DNA of 64,000 nucleotides, taken from contig JBAPNX010000047.1 of the NCBI GenBank assembly GCA_049279335.1, forward strand, positions 129,982-193,981, read 5' to 3'. The notes beneath the pieces were generated by a model. It saw nothing but the letters and a program-made list of their open reading frames with translations. It was not told the origin of the DNA and made no database searches. The stretch's first letter is position 1, and every line of letters starts with the position of its first letter. The stretch comes from Candidatus Dormiibacterota bacterium (lineage in GTDB: Bacteria; Chloroflexota; Dormibacteria; Aeolococcales; Bog-877). The translations under genes and the position numbers were made by a program. Positions 36,448 through 46,360 of the stretch are shown here, one piece after another.

Positions 36448-37863
36448 GTGATCGCTGGGGCGCCCACTGGGGCCGCCTTGCGACGCCTGCTTCCAGAGTT
36501 CGAGACGGGCGTCCGCGCTCGGATCTGCATCGTCGGCGGATACGTGCGTGACCTGCTGCTGGGACGTCCCGCCGAGACCGACATCGACCTGGTCGTGGAG
36601 GGCGGCAGTGCTGAGGCGGCGGCTGAGTGGTTGCGCCGGCGTTGGGACCTTAGGGCCAGGGTGGTGTCGTTCGAACGATTCGGAACGGCCCAGGTAGCCT
36701 TCGCCAGGCCCGGGGTTGGCCGGTTCACCCTTGAGTTCGTCAGGGCGCGCGCCGAGGCCTATTCCCCAGAGAGCCGCAAGCCTGCGGTCCGGGCGGGCAC
36801 TCTTGAGGAAGATGCGGAGCGCCGCGACTTCACCGTGAACGCCCTGCTGCTTGACAGTCGAGGCGAGGTGTTGGATCCCACAGGTAAGGGGCTGGACGAC
36901 CTACGGTTGCGGCTGCTGCGCACCCCGCTGCCGCCGCTGGACACCTTCTCCGAGGATCCCCTCCGAATGCTGCGGGCAGCCCGTTTTGTGGCCCAGCTGG
37001 ATTTTCAGCTGGCGCCGGGAGTGGAGGAGGCGATGGCAGCCATGGCTCCGCGCCTAGCCATCGTCTCGCTGGAGCGGATACGCGATGAGCTGGTCAAGCT
37101 CCTGCTCGCGACCCGGCCATCGCTGGGGCTGCGCATCCTCAACCGGACCGGTCTGCTGGCTCAGTTCCTTCCAGCGGTGGCCGCCATGACCGGCGTCGAA
37201 CAGGGTGGCTATCACTTGGGGGATGTATTCGAGCACACCTGCCTTTCGCTTGACGCCGCGCCGCCCCGACGGATCGTCCGCTTGGCGGTGCTTTTCCATG
37301 ACGTCGGCAAGCCAACCACGGTGGCCGCCGGGCCTAACGGCCCCACCTTCCTGGGCCATGCCCAGGCGGGCGCAGCCATCGCCGACCAAGCGATGGCGAG
37401 ACTGCGTTTCAGCGGGGCCGAGATAGAAGCGGTGCGACAGCTTGTGCTGCTGCACATGCGGCCGATCCAATACAACTCGCAGTGGGCCGACAGCGCGGTG
37501 CGTCGGCTCTGGCACGCAACCGGTGCGCTCCTCCCTGAGCTCCTGGAGGTGGCGCGCGCCGACACCCAGGGGTCCTCATTCCCGAGCTTGGACCAGCTCC
37601 AGGAGCTGGAGGGCCGGTTGGCGACGGTGGCCGGCGAGCACCCCCAGGGGATCCGGCCCCCGCTGGACGGTGAGCAGCTGAAAAGCATCTTCGAGCTCCC
37701 CGCCGGCCCCTGGGTGGGGCGTGCCCAGAAGATCCTGATTGAGGCCATCATGGAGGGAGATCTGTACCCCTTGGACCAGCCGGACGCTGAAGGTACTGCA
37801 ACTGAGTATCTGCGGCGGCGCCGCGATAACTGGTGGCCGCTCCCCGGTGAGCCCGGCGCCTGA
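36448..37863 (+). CDS. cca: CCA-adding tRNA nucleotidyltransferase / poly(A) polymerase family protein with HD domain
   Basis: Pol-beta-like head 'GGYVRDLLLGRPAETDIDLVVEG', 'RRDFTVNAL', and an HD motif ('HDVGKP'). The start is placed at a GTG after the HxlR stop. Confidence 0.75.
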   Translation: MIAGAPTGAALRRLLPEFETGVRARICIVGGYVRDLLLGRPAETDIDLVVEGGSAEAAAEWLRRRWDLRARVVSFERFGTAQVAFARPGVGRFTLEFVRARAEAYSPESRKPAVRAGTLEEDAERRDFTVNALLLDSRGEVLDPTGKGLDDLRLRLLRTPLPPLDTFSEDPLRMLRAARFVAQLDFQLAPGVEEAMAAMAPRLAIVSLERIRDELVKLLLATRPSLGLRILNRTGLLAQFLPAVAAMTGVEQGGYHLGDVFEHTCLSLDAAPPRRIVRLAVLFHDVGKPTTVAAGPNGPTFLGHAQAGAAIADQAMARLRFSGAEIEAVRQLVLLHMRPIQYNSQWADSAVRRLWHATGALLPELLEVARADTQGSSFPSLDQLQELEGRLATVAGEHPQGIRPPLDGEQLKSIFELPAGPWVGRAQKILIEAIMEGDLYPLDQPDAEGTATEYLRRRRDNWWPLPGEPGA

Positions 37864-38239
37864 GCCGCCTTTTCTCCGGGCCTCCAACCGCGCTCGGTGA
37901 ACCTGCTCCCATGAGTGGCGTCAACGACCTATCCCGGAAGTGGACCTAGCAGGAGGTCCCGGATGGTGAGTGCTGTCTCAGCGGCAGAGTCAAGGCGCGA
38001 AGGTGCCAGCCCACTCGCAAGCGGGGAGTGGTGCCAGCAAACCAGAGTGGTGGCCGAAAGAGCGCGGGCAGGCAAGTGATTTCCGCGGGCAGCGGACACG
38101 TGTTCACGCTCTGGGACCCGACGTGGCGACGTTCCAAACTGATGGGGTGGGCGAATGGGACTGCCCGGCTGCATCACGGTTCCGCGACGAAATCGAGCCG
38201 GAGAGAAGAGGACAGACCGATAACTAACTGGAGGGCGCC

Positions 38240-38995
38240 GTGACTGACTACAACTTCAAAGACCGGGTCGCAATAGTCACCGGGGCCGGCTCTGGCATCG
38301 GTAAGGCTTGTGCTGAGACCCTGGCCCGGGGCGGAGCCAGCGTGCTGGTCGCCGACTTGAATGGATCGGGGGCGCAGGTGGTAGCGGCCGAGATTAGCGC
38401 CGCGGGAGGCATAGCCCAGCCATTCACCGTCGACGTGACTGACCCCAAAGCGGTGGCAGACATGGTTTCCGCCGCCAAGGAGCTCGGAAGGCTGCGCATC
38501 GCGGTGAACAACGCCGGCATCGCCGGTGAGCAGGCGCTGGTGGCCGACTACAGCACCGACGGCTGGCGTCAGATCATCGCGGTCAACCTGGACAGCGTCT
38601 TCTACTGCATGAGGGAGGAGATCCCGGCCCTGATCGAGGCTGGAGGCGGATCCATCGTGAACATGTCGTCGATCCTGGGAAGCGTCGGGTTTGTCAGCGC
38701 CTCCGGTTATGTCACCGCCAAGCACGGGATGATCGGGCTGACCAAAACTGCTGCCCTCGAGTACGCGGCGCAGGGGGTCCGGGTCAATGCCGTTGGCCCG
38801 GGATTCATCGTCACCCCGCTGCTGACCACCAACCTTGACAGCACAACCATGGATTTCCTCGCTGCCAAGCATCCAGTGGGGCGAATGGGTCAGCCCGAGG
38901 AGGTGGCGGCTCTGGTGGCGTTCCTAGCCAGCGACGAGGCCTCCTTCGTGACGGGCAGTTATCACTTGGTAGATGGTGGATATACGGCGCAGTAG
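38240..38995 (+). CDS. SDR family NAD(P)-dependent oxidoreductase
   Basis: 'TGAGSGIGKA' cofactor motif, 'NNAG', catalytic 'S...YVTAKHG' (YxxxK). Confidence 0.85.
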   Translation: MTDYNFKDRVAIVTGAGSGIGKACAETLARGGASVLVADLNGSGAQVVAAEISAAGGIAQPFTVDVTDPKAVADMVSAAKELGRLRIAVNNAGIAGEQALVADYSTDGWRQIIAVNLDSVFYCMREEIPALIEAGGGSIVNMSSILGSVGFVSASGYVTAKHGMIGLTKTAALEYAAQGVRVNAVGPGFIVTPLLTTNLDSTTMDFLAAKHPVGRMGQPEEVAALVAFLASDEASFVTGSYHLVDGGYTAQ

Positions 38996-39923
38996 TTTGC
39001 GCGGGAGTAACGGCGCTTTTTGGCTAGGTGCAGTTGCACGCGTCAAGAGGTGCCCACCGAATCCGCAGCGGAGGAGCGGCTTCCTCCTCCGCCGCGGCTT
39101 GGTCATGGCTACCAGTACTGGGCGCTAGATGCGCACAGCGGCCCGACGCAATCGCGAGCTGCTCCGATGGCTCCCCGACCGGCTATGCGAGAACTACTTC
39201 CGCCGCACCTAGCTGCCTTGCTCCGTGACTCGTGTCAACACCTATTTGGGAGGTGCACGGAGTGCGGGGACGCCAGCGAAAGCGATCATCCGAGCCACGC
39301 GCGCAACCGGCGTAAGGCGCACCGTGGTGATGGGCGCGGCGCCGGGCGGAACCGTGCCGGTACGCGGGCGTGCGATGCTGCCCAAACATGATGCTGGCGA
39401 CGGATTTCTCGCGCGGCACCTGCTGAGTGCGGTTATCAAGGCGCTAGCTTCTGGGCTCTACAACGACCTCGCAGCCATGGAGGCGACGCTTGCCGATCAG
39501 GCCTTGGACTGGACTGTGGATACGGTCCCCGCAGCTGACCGATGGGCCAATGACGGGTGCATATTCGGACGGCGTATGGACGTAACCTCCGGCCAGGTCT
39601 GCGCGTATCGCGAGCCAACTTCGCACATCTCATGCTGGATGCAGCCTGTGGTCAAGACACTTACGGGCAGGTGATCGGTATCGTCTCCTAGCCCTTTTCC
39701 GTTGGTACCGCCTAAGGTTTGGTTGTCAGCGCTCAGCGTCGCTTGAGCTGGTACCAGTACGCCGCCTCTCCGCTACACACACGCTTGCTGGCCGCCCCGG
39801 AAGCTGGTCGGTTGGTCACCTCGCCTGGCCCCGCGTGCCCGGACTATATATAGACTGACGCCGGGGGCGGTGGGGCTAATCACAAATGGGGATCCTGCAA
39901 TCAATCGTCTAAGGCGGCTCCGC

Positions 39924-40427
39924 ATGCTGATTTGGGAGCTGCCTCAGCAGCTCCGCTTGGCCTACTGCCTGGCCCGAGATCCGCGCACGCCGGCGCCACT
40001 CAAGGCCAGCTTGGTCGGTGCGCTGGCGATCATTCTCAACCCCGCCGTCGACTTGCCCGCCTGGATCCCGGTGGTGGGTCAGATGGATGCGATCGCCCTG
40101 ACCGTGCTCACGGTCAGAACCTTCAACTCTCAGGCTCCCCGAGAGCTTCGGGAGGAGATCGAAGCTCAGATTCGCGCCGGCCACAGCCGCTTTGATCTCG
40201 ACCTGAGAATGGGAGCCGACGGCGCCCGGCGGCTGACTCAGCTGATCCGCCGACTGCCCGGAGGGCGATCACGTCGCGGTCTTCCTGAAGCGCCCGCGGA
40301 GCGCCCAACTGAGGTCGCTGCCTGGTACCGTTCTCCTGCGTTGCCCGGAGGGCCGACAGATGGGGCGGGTGGCGAGGCCGGGCCGGTGGGCCCCGCCCCC
40401 ACAGCAACCGAGGAGCAGTCGATTTGA
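39924..40427 (+). CDS. DUF1232 (YkvA-like) membrane protein
   Basis: 'ILNPAVDLPAWIPVVGQMDAIAL' matches the DUF1232 core (I/L-x-P-x-D-L-I-P-D-x-I-P-x-x-G-x-x-D-D). The start is set at an internal ATG. Confidence 0.6.
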   Translation: MLIWELPQQLRLAYCLARDPRTPAPLKASLVGALAIILNPAVDLPAWIPVVGQMDAIALTVLTVRTFNSQAPRELREEIEAQIRAGHSRFDLDLRMGADGARRLTQLIRRLPGGRSRRGLPEAPAERPTEVAAWYRSPALPGGPTDGAGGEAGPVGPAPTATEEQSI

Positions 40428-40867
40428 AGGTCATTCTGACCCAGGACGTCGCTGGGACCGGGCGCGCGGGCGATGTTCGCGAAGTGGCCGACGGCTACGC
40501 CCGCAATTTCCTCCTGCCACGCCATCTGGCGCAGGCGGCCAGGCCCACCGCGGAAGCCCAGATACGGGCTCAGCGCGAGCGCCAGCGGCACAAGGTGGAG
40601 GCCGAGCTGGAGGAAGCCCGAGCCATTGCCGCCCGTCTGGAGTCCGGTGTGGTGGAGATCGCCGCCCGGGCTGGCGAGACCGGCAAGCTCTACGGCGCAG
40701 TGGTCAACATCGACATTGCCGAGGCGATCGAGTCCCAGCTGGGGGTGGTGCTGGACCGGCGCAAGATCGAGTTCGAACCCGCCCACGAGGTTGGCGACCA
40801 CCAAGCCCTGGCCAAGCTCCACTCTGAGGTCGAGGCCCGGATCAAAGTCCGGGTCGTCGCGGCGTGA
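40424..40867 (+). CDS. rplI: 50S ribosomal protein L9
   Basis: 'MKVILTQDVAGTGRAGDVREVADGYARNFLLP' is the canonical L9 N-domain. 147 aa. The stop overlaps the dnaB start. Confidence 0.9.
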   Translation: MKVILTQDVAGTGRAGDVREVADGYARNFLLPRHLAQAARPTAEAQIRAQRERQRHKVEAELEEARAIAARLESGVVEIAARAGETGKLYGAVVNIDIAEAIESQLGVVLDRRKIEFEPAHEVGDHQALAKLHSEVEARIKVRVVAA

Positions 40868-42237
40868 GCGCCCGGCCGGAGCTCCGGCCGGCCACTCCGC
40901 TTCGAGTTCCCCCCCACAACGTCGACGCCGAGCGTTCTGTGTTAGGAGCGCTGCTCTTGGACAAGGATCAGATCGGGGTCGTAGTGGGCAAGCTGGAGGC
41001 CGACGACTTCTATCTGGACGCCCACTCCGACATCTTCCGGGCCATGCTCCATCTCTTCGCCCAGGGCACGCCGATCGACACCCTGACCCTGGCCGACGAG
41101 CTGGAGCGCCAGGGCGCGCTGCTTCGAGTGGGGGGCCTGGAGACGCTCACCTCTCTGGCGGCCTCGGTTCCGACCGCAGCCAACGTCGAGTATTACGCCC
41201 GGATCGTCTCCGATCATTCGCTGAAGCGGCGCCTGATCAACGCCGGCGGCCGGCTTGCCGATCTCGGCTTCGACGAGAGCTTGGAGGCTCAGCCAGCGAT
41301 CGAGGAGGCGGAGCGCACCGTCTTCCAGGTGGCCGACCGGGGCCGGGTCAAGAGCGACTTCGAGTCGATCGGGGAACGCCTGCCCCAGACCTGGGAGACC
41401 CTCCAGAACGCCTACAACCAGCGCGCCCGGCGGTCGGTGACAGGGGTGGCCAGCGGCTTCGGCCGGCTGGACGCCGTCACCTCCGGGTTCCAGCGCTCAG
41501 AGCTGATCGTGGTCGCGGCCCGGCCCGGGGTGGGCAAGACCTCCTTCGCGCTGAACGTTGCCCGGCACGCCGCGGTGCAGCGTCACCACGGCGTTGCCTT
41601 GTTCAGCTTGGAGATGTCGAGGGATGCCCTGGTGCAACGGATGCTCTGCAGCGAGGCGGGGGTGGACTCCTATCTGCTACGGACCGGCCAGCTCGCCGAC
41701 GACACCTGGCAGAAGATCGCCACCGCCATGGACACCCTTAGCCGGGCCGCCATCTACATCGACGACACTCCGGCTCTCTCAGTGATCGAGATGAGGGCCA
41801 AGGCCCGACGGCTGAGGGCCGCCAACCAGGTCGACCTCTTCATCATCGACTACCTGCAGCTGATGCGCTCCACCACCCGCTCCGACTCCCGAGCACAAGA
41901 GGTGTCGGAGATCTCAGCCGGGCTCAAGAGTCTGGCCCGGGAACTCGACGTGCCTGTGATCGCAGTGTCACAGCTGAACCGGGAGTCGGAGCGGCGCACC
42001 GACCGCCGGCCCCAGTTGAGCGACCTTCGGGACTCGGGCAGCATCGAGCAGGACTCCGACATCGTCATGTTCCTCTACCGGCCGGGCATGCACGAGGAAG
42101 GTAGGGATCCGGCGATGACCGAGCTCGACATCGCCAAGAACCGCAATGGCCCGGTGGATCGGATCAACCTCTTCTTCAACGCTGGCCAGACCGCCTTCCA
42201 CGACGTCGACCGGGTTCACCAGGATCCGGCGGGGTGA
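40864..42237 (+). CDS. dnaB: Replicative DNA helicase DnaB
   Basis: N-domain 'PPHNVDAERSVLGALLLD', Walker A 'ARPGVGKTSFALN', 'IIDYLQLM'. 457 aa, no intein insertion. Confidence 0.9.
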   Translation: MSARPELRPATPLRVPPHNVDAERSVLGALLLDKDQIGVVVGKLEADDFYLDAHSDIFRAMLHLFAQGTPIDTLTLADELERQGALLRVGGLETLTSLAASVPTAANVEYYARIVSDHSLKRRLINAGGRLADLGFDESLEAQPAIEEAERTVFQVADRGRVKSDFESIGERLPQTWETLQNAYNQRARRSVTGVASGFGRLDAVTSGFQRSELIVVAARPGVGKTSFALNVARHAAVQRHHGVALFSLEMSRDALVQRMLCSEAGVDSYLLRTGQLADDTWQKIATAMDTLSRAAIYIDDTPALSVIEMRAKARRLRAANQVDLFIIDYLQLMRSTTRSDSRAQEVSEISAGLKSLARELDVPVIAVSQLNRESERRTDRRPQLSDLRDSGSIEQDSDIVMFLYRPGMHEEGRDPAMTELDIAKNRNGPVDRINLFFNAGQTAFHDVDRVHQDPAG

Positions 42238-42250
42238 GCAGGCCTCGCCC

Positions 42251-43531
42251 ATGAGCGTCGTCATCTGCCTCGGCGGCCAGTGGGGAGACGAGGGCAAGGG
42301 CAAGATCGTCGACCTTCTGGCGGAGTCAGCCCAGATGGTGATTCGCAGCCAGGGTGGCAACAACGCCGGCCACACCGTGGTGGTGGGCGACCGGACTTTC
42401 AAGTTCAATCTGATCCCGGCCGGGATCCTCCACCCCAGCACCGTCTGCGTCGTCGGCAACGGAGTGGTCCTCGATCCCAAGGTGCTGCTCCAGGAGCTGG
42501 AAGCGCTGGAGTCCCAGGGAGCCGACCTGGACAATCTGGTAATAAGCGAGCGGGCCCACATGATCATGCCCTACCACCCGGTGCTGGATCGGCTCGAGGA
42601 GAGCGCTCGCGGCGACGACCGCCTAGGCACCACGTTCCGCGGCGTCGGACCCGCCTATAGCGACAAGGTTCGCCGCATCGGCTTCCGGGTGGGGGACCTC
42701 CAGAAGCTGCGCTTCCTGGAGAAGAAGTTGAATTTCGTGCTCCCTCTCAAGAACGACGCTCTGGTGCGGCTCTACTCGGCTCCCCCCTTCACCGTCGAGG
42801 GTATCCTCGAGGAGTACACCGACTACGGCCGCCGCCTCGAGCGCTTCATTCGCGACCCCTATCCGATCATCCAGGGCGCGCTTTCGCGAGGGGACCGCGT
42901 GATCCTGGAGGGTGCCCAGGGCACCATGCTCGACCTCGACCTTGGCACCTATCCTTATGTCACCAGCTCCTACCCGTCGGCGGGCGGGGCGCTGGCCGGA
43001 GCCGGGATCGGACCGCGCCACGTGAACCGAACCATCGGCGTTTTCAAGGCTTACACGACGCGGGTCGGCTATGGGCCATTCCCGACCGAGCTGGATGACG
43101 ATCTCGGCGAGTACCTCCGCGAGCGAGGTAACGAGTACGGCACCACGACAGGTAGGGCGCGGCGGGTAGGCTGGTTCGACGCCTGCGTCGCGCGCTACGC
43201 GGTGGCGGTCAACGGCATAGATTCCATCGCCCTCACCAAACTTGACGTCCTAGATGAGCTCGAAGTCATACGCATCTGCACCAACTACCGCAGCAAGGGG
43301 GAGCCTCAAGACCACCCCATGGCCAACATCTCCCACCTGAAGCACGTCGAGCCCGAGTACGAGGAGCTGCCCGGTTGGCGTCGCAGTACCAAGGGCGCTC
43401 GCCAGCTGGCCGATCTGCCGGAGGAGGCCCGACGCTACCTGGCTCGGGTCGCCGAACTCTGTGGGGCCAAGGTGGACTGGGTGTCGGTCGGAGCCGGGCG
43501 GGACGAGACCATCGAGCCTTCGGATTGGTAG
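42251..43531 (+). CDS. purA: Adenylosuccinate synthetase
   Basis: 'VVICLGGQWGDEGKGKIVD' P-loop, 'GNNAGHTV', 'TTGRARRVGWFD'. The start is moved to an internal ATG (M36 of the ORF). Confidence 0.9.
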   Translation: MSVVICLGGQWGDEGKGKIVDLLAESAQMVIRSQGGNNAGHTVVVGDRTFKFNLIPAGILHPSTVCVVGNGVVLDPKVLLQELEALESQGADLDNLVISERAHMIMPYHPVLDRLEESARGDDRLGTTFRGVGPAYSDKVRRIGFRVGDLQKLRFLEKKLNFVLPLKNDALVRLYSAPPFTVEGILEEYTDYGRRLERFIRDPYPIIQGALSRGDRVILEGAQGTMLDLDLGTYPYVTSSYPSAGGALAGAGIGPRHVNRTIGVFKAYTTRVGYGPFPTELDDDLGEYLRERGNEYGTTTGRARRVGWFDACVARYAVAVNGIDSIALTKLDVLDELEVIRICTNYRSKGEPQDHPMANISHLKHVEPEYEELPGWRRSTKGARQLADLPEEARRYLARVAELCGAKVDWVSVGAGRDETIEPSDW

Positions 43532-44835
43532 GCGCCCGGCACCTCTCGCCCTGGCGGCGGAGCGTCGCCGCCGGCTCGCTCTGCCTGGCGGCGGTCGCGG
43601 TGACGGCGGCGATCCTGGCCCAGGCGGCGGCCCCCGCACCTTGGACAGCCCTGGAGCCGATCCCCATCCCGACCAAGCAGCACGCCGCCGTCTGGAAGGT
43701 GGTGGGAAACCCCAGCGCGCCTCAGGATCTGGTGGCAGCCACCAGCCAGGGTGTCTGGCTCAGCAGTGACGACGGACAGACCTGGGCTCCGACCTCGATC
43801 ACCGGGCTAACCTGGACGGTCGCGTTCGCTGATTCGGGGGCAACCCTGTACGCCGGGACCGTCTCGGAGGGCATCTACCGCAGCATCGATGGCGGCCAGA
43901 CCTGGAAGCAGGAGAACTCTGGACTCCACAGCCACGACGTCAGAGCAATAGCTGTCGGACCAACAGCCATCGTGCTGGGAACCCAGGCCGGCGTATATGT
44001 CAGCGGCGATGGCATGGCCTGGGAACAGGCGGGACTGAACGCGCTCAGCATCAGTTCGGTGGCGATCATCGCCGACAACCCGCTAGGGGTGATGGCTGGG
44101 TCCGATGAAACGGCGCAGGAGGACAACCTCTACCGTTCCCTGGCGGTGGGAGCGAGCAGTGGCTGGCAAGCAATGCCCGGTGGAGATCCGGGAGGTGCCC
44201 CGGTGTTCTCGGTGGCGGCTGGCCCGGTCATCAAGGGTGGTACCACCCCGCCGCTCCTGGTCGGCAATCTCAAGGGCCTCTACTACAGCTCTAACGGTGG
44301 CAACAGCTGGCAGGCACAGACCCTGGCCGGGGGGGTGCTGTGGTCGGTGGATGCGATCGCATTCGACCCGGACAATCCGGGCGTGATCTACGTCGGCAGT
44401 GACAACGGGGGAAGCTCCGGCGGCGGCCTCCAGCGCACCGTAAACGGGGGCAGCACTTGGGCGGCTTTCGAGCAGGGCCTTTCGGCTCAGGACGTGACCG
44501 GGCTGTCAGCCCTATCGACCAACCCGCTCACGGTGCTGGCGTCGGTCTGGCACCCGCTCCATCGAGTCGGCGGTGCGGCGCGGGCGCTGGACACGACCGC
44601 GCCGGGCCCGGTTGCCCTTGCCTCGAGCACAGGCACGCCGATCTCGGTCGCGGTCTCCCCGACGCCAGTGGCGACTCCGACTCCGCGTCATCACCACAAG
44701 GTGGCCACCAAGGGGATTGCGATCCCCGCCGGGTTGGTGGTCGGGGTGGTGGCAGTCCTGGTCGTGCTGGCGATCGGTCTTTCGATCTTCATGCGCCGCC
44801 GGCGGCGGAGGCTGGACGCGGAGGCACCACCGTGA
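43525..44835 (+). CDS. BNR/Asp-box repeat beta-propeller protein with signal peptide and C-terminal TM anchor (Ycf48/sialidase-like fold)
   Basis: Repeated 'S.DGG.TW' Asp-boxes ('SDDGQTW', 'SIDGGQTW', 'SGDGMAW', 'SNGGNSW', 'VNGGSTW'). N-terminal signal ending 'AQAAAP'. C-terminal 'LVVGVVAVLVVLAIGLSIFMRRRRRR'. The TTG start overlaps the purA stop. Confidence 0.6.
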   Translation: MVGARHLSPWRRSVAAGSLCLAAVAVTAAILAQAAAPAPWTALEPIPIPTKQHAAVWKVVGNPSAPQDLVAATSQGVWLSSDDGQTWAPTSITGLTWTVAFADSGATLYAGTVSEGIYRSIDGGQTWKQENSGLHSHDVRAIAVGPTAIVLGTQAGVYVSGDGMAWEQAGLNALSISSVAIIADNPLGVMAGSDETAQEDNLYRSLAVGASSGWQAMPGGDPGGAPVFSVAAGPVIKGGTTPPLLVGNLKGLYYSSNGGNSWQAQTLAGGVLWSVDAIAFDPDNPGVIYVGSDNGGSSGGGLQRTVNGGSTWAAFEQGLSAQDVTGLSALSTNPLTVLASVWHPLHRVGGAARALDTTAPGPVALASSTGTPISVAVSPTPVATPTPRHHHKVATKGIAIPAGLVVGVVAVLVVLAIGLSIFMRRRRRRLDAEAPP

Positions 44836-44879
44836 TCGGAGAGCCGCCCGGCCGGACACCCGAGGAGCGACTGGCGCAG

Positions 44880-45305
44880 ATGGGGCTGGAGCTGCCGGCG
44901 CCCCCGGCCCCACTGGCCAGCTACGTACCCTTCACCTTCGCCGGGGACCTCATCGTCACCGCGGGGGTCGTGCCCATGCGCGATGGTCGGGTGATCACCG
45001 GTCGGCTGGGCTCCGACCTGACGGTCGATGCCGGAGTCGCCGCCGCCCGCGCGGCCACGCTATCCCTGTTGGCACTTTTGGCGGTGGCGGCGGGGAGGCT
45101 GGATCGGGTCGCCGGGTTGGTGCTCCTGACTGGCTACGTCCGTTCGGCGCCGGACTTCTCCCGCCACTCCGAGGTCCTCGATGGGGCTTCGAAGTTGCTC
45201 CTCGACGTCCTCGGCGAGAGCGGGCGCCATGCTCGGGTGGCGGTGGGGGTTGCCGAGCTTCCGCGTGAGGCCTGCCTGGAGCTCCAGCTCAGCGCCAAGC
45301 GCTGA
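44880..45305 (+). CDS. RidA/YjgF/RutC family protein
   Basis: 'LPAPPAPLASYVPFTFAGDLIVTAG...' and a C-terminal 'AR..VGVAELP' pattern. The start is set at an internal ATG; an upstream GTG at 44832 is an alternative. Confidence 0.65.
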   Translation: MGLELPAPPAPLASYVPFTFAGDLIVTAGVVPMRDGRVITGRLGSDLTVDAGVAAARAATLSLLALLAVAAGRLDRVAGLVLLTGYVRSAPDFSRHSEVLDGASKLLLDVLGESGRHARVAVGVAELPREACLELQLSAKR

Positions 45306-45364
45306 CTGAAGCGCTCCGTTAGCCGGGTGAGCGCCAACCCTGGTGCCGGTAGAATTGGCCGCCC

Positions 45365-46360
45365 GTGCCCCGAGACCAGCAGTCGATCGGGGAGTTCGCC
45401 ATCGACGTTGACCAGCTCTGGCGGACTTACCGAACCACCACCGGAACCCTGCGCCGTCACCGTCTCGAGATCGAAGCGGTGCGGGGGATATCTCTCCAGG
45501 TAGAAGCAGGAGAGCTCTTCGGCCTGCTGGGGCCCAACGGGGCCGGCAAGACAACGACCATCCGGGTCCTCTGCACCCTGCTGCTGCCGACCTCGGGCCA
45601 GGTGCGGGTCCGGGGCATCGACGTGGTCGATCACCCGGGCGAGGTCCGCCGCCAGATCGGATACGTCTTCGGCGGGGACCGCGGCCTCTACGACCGGCTC
45701 AGTGCCATCGACAATCTCCGCTACTTCGCCGACCTCTACGGTCTGGATCCCCGGCGGCAGCACCGCCGGATCGCCGAGGTTCTGGAGTTGGTAGGACTTG
45801 AGGGTCGGGGTCGAGAGCGGGTGGAGGGGTTCTCGCGCGGCATGCGGCAGCGTCTGCACCTGGCCCGAGGGCTGCTCCACGATCCCCCGGTGCTGTTCTT
45901 CGACGAGCCCACCATCGGCGTCGACCCAGTGGGGGCGCGCGAGGTCCGTCAGGTGATCTCCGACCTGGCCGAGTCAGGCAAGACCATCCTTTTGACAACT
46001 CACTACATGTTCGAAGCCGATAGCCTGTGCGACCGAATCGCCGTGATTGCCAAGGGCAAGATCGTGGCCGAGGGAACCCCGCAGGAGCTCAAAGCCGGGG
46101 TTCGAGTTGGGGCCGTGGTCGAGATCGAGGCCTACGGAGTTCCTGAGCTGACGGTGCAGCGGATCAGGGATCTCCCTGAGGTCGACTCCGTTTCCACCGA
46201 GGTGCGTGAGCAGGCTCAGCTGCTTACCATTCAGGCGCGGGAAGGCAGCCAGCTGACCGCGCGGCTGCTCCAGCTCCTGGAAGGCGTCAGGGTGGAGCGC
46301 ATCGCCGCTCGCGAACCGACGCTGGAGGACGCCTACGTCGCGCTGGTGACCGGCGAATGA
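45365..46360 (+). CDS. ABC transporter ATP-binding protein (ABC-2 exporter subfamily)
   Basis: Walker A 'GPNGAGKTT', signature 'FSRGMRQRL', Walker B 'VLFFDEPTIGVD'. Confidence 0.85.
   Translation: MPRDQQSIGEFAIDVDQLWRTYRTTTGTLRRHRLEIEAVRGISLQVEAGELFGLLGPNGAGKTTTIRVLCTLLLPTSGQVRVRGIDVVDHPGEVRRQIGYVFGGDRGLYDRLSAIDNLRYFADLYGLDPRRQHRRIAEVLELVGLEGRGRERVEGFSRGMRQRLHLARGLLHDPPVLFFDEPTIGVDPVGAREVRQVISDLAESGKTILLTTHYMFEADSLCDRIAVIAKGKIVAEGTPQELKAGVRVGAVVEIEAYGVPELTVQRIRDLPEVDSVSTEVREQAQLLTIQAREGSQLTARLLQLLEGVRVERIAAREPTLEDAYVALVTGE

Noticed and set aside
39225-39674. 149-aa ORF in the atypical region
   Set aside because: Weak third-position bias and no recognisable domain or motif. Kept only as a note within the finding on the 39.0-39.9 kb region.
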